64,000 nucleotides of DNA from Auanema rhodensis (taxonomy: Eukaryota > Animalia > Nematoda). Location: positions 558,001 through 622,000 of the forward strand of contig CAXKVF010000076.1 in the NCBI GenBank assembly GCA_964057225.1. The letters are read 5' to 3'. The translations under genes and the position numbers were made by a program. This document shows positions 56,301 through 64,000 of this stretch, piece by piece (within the stretch, counting starts at the first letter, position 1; the number at the start of each line of letters is the position of its first letter). Below the pieces are notes generated by a model. The model ran no database searches, was not told the DNA's origin, and was given only the letters and a program-made list of their open reading frames with translations.

Positions 56301-59300
56301 AAGTCATGGTTACCATGAACCAATATCAATAAAAATTTGTTTTTAGACTAATATGTACATGGGGAATCTAATTTTGAAAACCGCATCTCTTTATCTTTCA
56401 CGTGAAGCGAGTTACATACCAAGTGCACATCACGTGTACAATTAATTAGCATAAATTAAAGTTCACGTAAATTTCAAAGTCATGGTTACCATGAACCAAT
56501 ATCAATAAAAATTTGTTTTTAGACTAATATGGACATGGGGAATCTAATTTTGAAAACCGCATTTCTTTATCTTTCACGTGAAGCGAGTTACATACCAAGT
56601 GCACATCACGTGTACATTTAATTAGCATAAATTAAAGTTCACGTAAATTTCAAAGTCATGGTTACCATGAACCAATATCAATAAAAATTTGTTTTTAGAC
56701 TAATATGGACATGGGGAATCAAATTTTGAAAACCGCATCTCTTTATCTTTCACGTGAAGCGAGTTACATACCAAGTGCACATCACGTGTACATTTAATTA
56801 GCATAAATTAAAGTTAACGTAAATTTCAAAGTCATGGTTACCATGAACCAATATCAATAAAAATTTGTTTTTAGACTAATATGGACATGGGGAATCTAAT
56901 TTTGAAAACCGCATTTCTTTATCTTTCACGTGAAGCGAGTTACATACCAAGTGCACATCACGTGTACATTTAATTAGCATAAATTAAAGTTCACGTAAAT
57001 TTCAAAGTCATGGTTACCATGCACCAATATCAATAAAAATCTGTTTTTAGACTTATATGGACATGGGGAATCTAATTTTGAAAACCGCATCTCTTTATCT
57101 TTCACGTGAAACGAGTTACATATCAAGTGCACATCACGTGTACATTTAATTAGCATAAATTAAAGTTCACGTAAATTTCAAAGTCATGGTTACCATTAAC
57201 CAATATCAATAAAAATTTGTTTTTAGACTAATATGGACATGGGGAATCTAATTTTGAAAACCGCATCTCTTTATCTTTCACGTGAAGCGAGTTACATACC
57301 AAGTGCACATCACGTGTACATTTAATTAGCATAAATTAAAGTTCACGTAAATTTCAAAGTCATGGTTACCATGCACCAATATCAATAAAAATTTGTTTTT
57401 AGACTAATATGGACATGGGGAATCTAATTTTGAAAACCGCATCTCTTTATCTTTCACGTGAAGCGAGTTACATACCAAGTGCACATCACGTGCACATTTA
57501 ATTAGCATAAATTAAAGTTCACGTAAATTTCAAAGTCATGGTTACCATGCACCAATATCAATAAAAATTTGTTTTTAGACTAATATGGACATGGGGAATC
57601 TAATGTTGAAAACCGCATCTCTTTATCTTTCACGTGAAGCGAGTTACATACCAAGTGCACATCACGTGTACATTTAATTAGCATAAATTAAAGTTCACGT
57701 AAATTTCAAAGTCATGGTTACCATGAACCAATATCAATAAAAATTTGTTTTTAGACTAATATGTACATGGGGAATCTAATTTTGAAAACCGCATCTCTTT
57801 ATCTTTCACGTGAAGCGAGTTACATACCAAGTGCACATCACGTGTACAATTAATTAGCATAAATTAAAGTTCACGTAAATTTCAAAGTCATGGTTACCAT
57901 GAACCAATATCAATAAAAATTTGTTTTTAGACTAATATGGACATGGGGAATCTAATTTTGAAAACCGCATTTCTTTATCTTTCACGTGAAGCGAGTTACA
58001 TACCAAGTGCACATCACGTGTACATTTAATTAGCATAAATTAAAGTTCACGTAAATTTCAAAGTCATGGTTACCATGAACCAATATCAATAAAAATTTGT
58101 TTTTAGACTAATATGGACATGGGGAATCAAATTTTGAAAACCGCATCTCTTTATCTTTCACGTGAAGCGAGTTACATACCAAGTGCACATCACGTGTACA
58201 TTTAATTAGCATAAATTAAAGTTCACGTAAATTTCAAAGTCATGGTTACCATGAACCAATATCAATAAAAATTTGTTTTTAGACTAATATGGACATGGGG
58301 AATCTAATTTTGAAAACCGCATTTCTTTATCTTTCACGTGAAGCGAGTTACATACCAAGTGCACATCACGTGTACATTTAATTAGCATAAATTAAAGTTC
58401 ACGTAAATTTCAAAGTCATGGTTACCATGAACCAATATTAATAAAAATTTGTTTTTAGACTAATATGGACATGGGGAATCAAATTTTGAAAACCGCATCT
58501 CTTTATCTTTCACGTGAAGCGAGTTACATACCAAGTGCACATCACGTGTACATTTAATTAGCATAAATTAAAGTTCACGTAAATTTCAAAGTCATGGTTA
58601 CCATGAACCAATATCAATAAAAATTTGTTTTTAGACTAATATGGACATGGGGAATCTAATTTTGAAAACCGCATCACTTTATCTTTCACGTGAAGCGAGT
58701 TACATACCAAGTGCACATCACGTGTACATTTAATTAGCATAAATTAAAGTTCACGTAAATTTCAAAGTCATGGTTACCATGCACCAATATCAATAAAAAT
58801 TTGTTTTTAGACTAATATGGACATGGGGAATCTAATGTTGAAAACCGCATCTTTTTATCTTTCACGTGAAGCGAGTTACATACCAAGTGCACATCACGTG
58901 TACATTTAATTAGCATAAATTAAAGTTCACGTAAATTTCAAAGTCATGGTTACCATGAACCAATATCAATAAAAATTTGTTTTTAGACTAATATGGACAT
59001 GGGGAATCTAATTTTGAAAACCGCATCTCTTTATCTTCCACGTGAAGCGAGTTACATACCAAGTGCACATCACGTGTACATTTAATTAGCATAAATTAAA
59101 GTTCACGTAAATTTCAAAGTCATGGTTACCATGAACCAATATCAATAAAAATTTGTTTTTAGACTAATATGGACATGAAGAATCTAATTTTGAAAACCGC
59201 ATTTCTTTATCTTCCACGTGAAGCGAGTTACATACCAAGTGCACATCACGTGTACATTTAATTAGCATAAATTAAAGTTCACGTAAATTTCAAAGTCATG

Positions 59301-62300
59301 GTTACCATGAACCAATATCAATAAAAATTTGTTTTTAGACTAATATGGACATGGGGAATCAAATTTTGAAAACCGCATCTCTTTATCTTTCACGTGAAGC
59401 GAGTTACATACCAAGTGCACATCACGTGTACATTTAATTAGCATAAATTAAAGTTCACGTAAATTTCAAAGTCATGGTTACCATGCACCAATATCAATAA
59501 AAATTTGTTTTTAGACTAATATGGACATGGGGAATCTAATGTTGAAAACCGCATCTTTTTATCTTTCACGTGAAGCGAGTTACATACCAAGTGCACATCA
59601 CGTGTACATTTAATTAGCATAAATTAAAGTTCACGTAAATTTCAAAGTCATGGTTACCATGAACCAATATCAATAAAAATTTGTTTTTAGACTAATATGG
59701 ACATGGGGAATCTAATTTTGAAAACCGCATCTCTTTATCTTCCACGTGAAGCGAGTTACATACCAAGTGCACATCACGTGTACATTTAATTAGCATAAAT
59801 TAAAGTTCACGTAAATTTCAAAGTCATGGTTACCATGAACCAATATCAATAAAAATTTGTTTTTAGACTAATATGGACATGACGAATCTAATTTTGAAAA
59901 CCGCATTTCTTTATCTTCCACGTGAAGCGAGTTACATACCAAGTGCACATCACGTGTACATTTAATTAGCATAAATTAAAGTTCACGTAAATTTCAAAGT
60001 CATGGTTACCATGAACCAATATCAATAAAAATTTGTTTTTAGACTAATATGGACATGGGGAATCAAATTTTGAAAACCGCATCTCTTTATCTTTCACGTG
60101 AAGCGAGTTACATACCAAGTGCACATCACGTGTACATTTAATTAGCATAAATTAAAGTTCACGTAAATTTCAAAGTCATGGTTACCATGAACCAATATCA
60201 ATAAAAATTTGTTTTTAGACTAATATGTACATGGGGAATCTAATTTTGAAAACCGCATTTCTTTATCTTTCACGTGAAGCGAGTTACATACCAAGCGCAC
60301 ATCACGTGTACATTTAATTAGCATAAATTAAAGTTCACGTAAATTTCAAAGTCATGGTTACCATGCACCAATATCAATAAAAATTTGTTTTTAGACTAAT
60401 ATGTACATGGGGAATCTAATTTTGAAAACCGCATTTCTTTATCTTTCACGTGAAGCGAGTTACATACCAAGTGCACATCACGTGTACATTTAATTAGCAT
60501 AAATTAAAGTTCACGTAAATTTCAAAGTCATGGTTACCATGAACCAATATCAATAAAAATTTGTTTTTAGACTAATATGGACATGGGGAATCTAATTTTG
60601 AAAACCGCATCTCTTTATCTTCCACGTGAAGCGAGTTACATACCAAGTGCACATCACGTGTACATTTAATTAGCATAAATTAAAGTTCACGTAAATTTCA
60701 AAGTCATGGTTACCATGAACCAATATCAATAAAAATTTGTTTTTAGACTAATATGGACATGAAGAATCTAATTTTGAAAACCGCATTTCTTTATCTTCCA
60801 CGTGAAGCGAGTTACATACCAAGTGCACATCACGTGTACATTTAATTAGCATAAATTAAAGTTCACGTAAATTTCAAAGTCATGGTTACCATGAACCAAT
60901 ATCAATAAAAATTTGTTTTTAGACTAATATGGACATGGGGAATCAAATTTTGAAAACCGCATCTCTTTATCTTTCACGTGAAGCGAGTTACATACCAAGT
61001 GCACATCACGTGTACATTTAATTAGCATAAATTAAAGTTCACGTAAATTTCAAAGTCATGGTTACCATGCACCAATATCAATAAAAATTTGTTTTTAGAC
61101 TAATATGGACATGGGGAATCTAATGTTGAAAACCGCATCTTTTTATCTTTCACGTGAAGCGAGTTACATACCAAGTGCACATCACGTGTACATTTAATTA
61201 GCATAAATTAAAGTTCACGTAAATTTCAAAGTCATGGTTACCATGAACCAATATCAATAAAAATTTGTTTTTAGACTAATATGGACATGGGGAATCTAAT
61301 TTTGAAAACCGCATCTCTTTATCTTCCACGTGAAGCGAGTTACATACCAAGTGCACATCACGTGTACATTTAATTAGCATAAATTAAAGTTCACGTAAAT
61401 TTCAAAGTCATGGTTACCATGAACCAATATCAATAAAAATTTGTTTTTAGACTAATATGGACATGACGAATCTAATTTTGAAAACCGCATTTCTTTATCT
61501 TCCACGTGAAGCGAGTTACATACCAAGTGCACATCACGTGTACATTTAATTAGCATAAATTAAAGTTCACGTAAATTTCAAAGTCATGGTTACCATGAAC
61601 CAATATCAATAAAAATTTGTTTTTAGACTAATATGGACATGGGGAATCAAATTTTGAAAACCGCATCTCTTTATCTTTCACGTGAAGCGAGTTACATACC
61701 AAGTGCACATCACGTGTACATTTAATTAGCATAAATTAAAGTTCACGTAAATTTCAAAGTCATGGTTACCATGAACCAATATCAATAAAAATTTGTTTTT
61801 AGACTAATATGTACATGGGGAATCTAATTTTGAAAACCGCATTTCTTTATCTTTCACGTGAAGCGAGTTACATACCAAGCGCACATCACGTGTACATTTA
61901 ATTAGCATAAATTAAAGTTCACGTAAATTTCAAAGTCATGGTTACCATGCACCAATATCAATAAAAATTTGTTTTTAGACTAATATGTACATGGGGAATC
62001 TAATTTTGAAAACCGCATTTCTTTATCTTTCACGTGAAGCGAGTTACATACCAAGTGCACATCACGTGTACATTTAATTAGCATAAATTAAAGTTCACGT
62101 AAATTTCAAAGTCATGGTTACCATGCACCAATATCAATAAAAATCTGTTTTTAGACTTATATGGACATGGGGAATCTAATTTTGAAAACCGCATCTCTTT
62201 ATCTTTCACGTGAAACGAGTTACATATCAAGTGCACATCACGTGTACATTTAATTAGCATAAATTAAAGTTCACGTAAATTTCAAAGTCATGGTTACCAT

Positions 62301-64000
62301 TAACCAATATCAATAAAAATTTGTTTTTAGACTAATATGGACATGGGGAATCTAATTTTGAAAACCGCATCTCTTTATCTTTCACGTGAAGCGAGTTACA
62401 TACCAAGTGCACATCACGTGTACATTTAATTAGCATAAATTAAAGTTCACGTAAATTTCAAAGTCATGGTTACCATGCACCAATATCAATAAAAATTTGT
62501 TTTTAGACTAATATGGACATGGGGAATCTAATTTTGAAAACCGCATCTCTTTATCTTTCACGTGAAGCGAGTTACATACCAAGTGCACATCACGTGCACA
62601 TTTAATTAGCATAAATTAAAGTTCACGTAAATTTCAAAGTCATGGTTACCATGCACCAATATCAATAAAAATTTGTTTTTAGACTAATATGGACATGGGG
62701 AATCTAATGTTGAAAACCGCATCTCTTTATCTTTCACGTGAAGCGAGTTACATACCAAGTGCACATCACGTGTACATTTAATTAGCATAAATTAAAGTTC
62801 ACGTAAATTTCAAAGTCATGGTTACCATGAACCAATATCAATAAAAATTTGTTTTTAGACTAATATGTACATGGGGAATCTAATTTTGAAAACCGCATCT
62901 CTTTATCTTTCACGTGAAGCGAGTTACATACCAAGTGCACATCACGTGTACAATTAATTAGCATAAATTAAAGTTCACGTAAATTTCAAAGTCATGGTTA
63001 CCATGAACCAATATCAATAAAAATTTGTTTTTAGACTAATATGGACATGGGGAATCTAATTTTGAAAACCGCATTTCTTTATCTTTCACGTGAAGCGAGT
63101 TACATACCAAGTGCACATCACGTGTACATTTAATTAGCATAAATTAAAGTTCACGTAAATTTCAAAGTCATGGTTACCATGAACCAATATCAATAAAAAT
63201 TTGTTTTTAGACTAATATGGACATGGGGAATCAAATTTTGAAAACCGCATCTCTTTATCTTTCACGTGAAGCGAGTTACATACCAAGTGCACATCACGTG
63301 TACATTTAATTAGCATAAATTAAAGTTCACGTAAATTTCAAAGTCATGGTTACCATGAACCAATATCAATAAAAATTTGTTTTTAGACTAATATGGACAT
63401 GGGGAATCTAATTTTGAAAACCGCATCACTTTATCTTTCACGTGAAGCGAGTTACATACCAAGTGCACATCACGTGTACATTTAATTAGCATAAATTAAA
63501 GTTCACGTAAATTTCAAAGTCATGGTTACCATGCACCAATATCAATAAAAATTTGTTTTTAGACTAATATGGACATGGGGAATCTAATGTTGAAAACCGC
63601 ATCTTTTTATCTTTCACGTGAAGCGAGTTACATACCAAGTGCACATCACGTGTACATTTAATTAGCATAAATTAAAGTTCACGTAAATTTCAAAGTCATG
63701 GTTACCATGAACCAATATCAATAAAAATTTGTTTTTAGACTAATATGGACATGGGGAATCTAATTTTGAAAACCGCATCTCTTTATCTTTCACGTGAAGC
63801 GAGTTACATACCAAGTGCACATCACGTGTACATTTAATTAGCATAAATTAAAGTTCACGTAAATTTCAAAGTCATGGTTACCATGAACCAATATCAATAA
63901 AAATTTGTTTTTAGACTAATATGGACATGGGGAATCTAATTTTGAAAACCGCATTTCTTTATCTTCCACGTGAAGCGAGTTACATACCAAGTGCACATCA
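53328..64000 (+). repeat. Nested higher-order repeats (4-, 8-, 9- and 28-monomer periods)
   Basis: 4-mer: G43A+G44A/C at 54250/54954 and 59178/59882. 8-mer: G88A 55703/57111 and T118C 56085/57493. 9-mer: T105C 60296/61880. 28-mer: C8T 53511/58439 and T105C 55368/60296. Confidence 0.85.

Larger units (their letters stand above)
1..64000 (+). repeat. Tandem satellite DNA array, 176-bp monomer, ~363.6 copies, head-to-tail, probably centromeric/pericentromeric
   Basis: The monomer start CCAATATCAA recurs at 177, 2641, 4051, 9681, 13201 ... 42241 and 63888, at multiples of 176 apart from a few 1-2 bp indels. No unique sequence anywhere. The repeat is seen directly; the centromeric role is inferred from monomer size, homogeneity and array length. 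Confidence 0.99.

Noticed and set aside
56974-57156. 60-aa minus-strand ORF as a protein-coding gene
   Set aside because: It is a translation of one satellite monomer whose A31T SNV removes a stop codon; no recognisable domain or gene context, and 176 is not a multiple of 3, so no frame continues across monomers.
62078-62260. Second identical 60-aa ORF
   Set aside because: Duplicate of the same variant monomer, exactly 29x176 bp downstream.
1-64000. CRISPR array or other repeat-spacer system
   Set aside because: Palindromic segments recur regularly, but the sequence between them is also identical; there are no unique spacers and no cas genes.
1-64000. A single fixed-period higher-order repeat across the window
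   Set aside because: Marker spacings vary locally (2, 4, 5, 7, 8, 9, 10, 14-16, 22-23 and 28-29 monomers); no global period fits.
1-64000. Information-encoding or programmed variation in the SNV pattern
   Set aside because: The pattern is adequately explained by point mutation plus segmental duplication/deletion; nothing indicates a templated diversification mechanism.

Overview
The whole 64-kb window is one uninterrupted, head-to-tail satellite DNA array of an AT-rich (~32% GC) 176-bp monomer: 363 complete monomers plus 113 bp, all on the same strand, with the array running off both ends. Consensus read from position 1: CCAATATCAATAAAAATTTGTTTTTAGACTAATATGGACATGGGGAATCTAATTTTGAAAACCGCATCTCTTTATCTTTCACGTGAAGCGAGTTACATACCAAGTGCACATCACGTGTACATTTAATTAGCATAAATTAAAGTTCACGTAAATTTCAAAGTCATGGTTACCATGCA. 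Monomers differ from consensus by only about 0-5 substitutions. I see no genes, RNA genes, transposon insertions, inversions or CRISPR spacers, and the two 60-aa ORFs are by-products of one stop-removing SNV. Nucleosome-sized monomers and very high homogeneity suggest a eukaryotic centromeric or pericentromeric satellite (inference; I do not recognise the family or organism). The structure worth examining lies (i) inside the monomer: three CACGT(G/A) boxes spaced 32-33 bp apart, many dyads and an 11-bp subrepeat; and (ii) in the variant pattern: local, nested higher-order duplications of 2-28 monomers, zoned variant subfamilies, almost no indels, and a C>A/G>T-rich, CpG-transition-poor spectrum. 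I found no support for a novel protein-coding or defence system. Variant names such as T79C give the position within the 176-bp consensus. All mapping was done by eye, so block edges are approximate to about one monomer.
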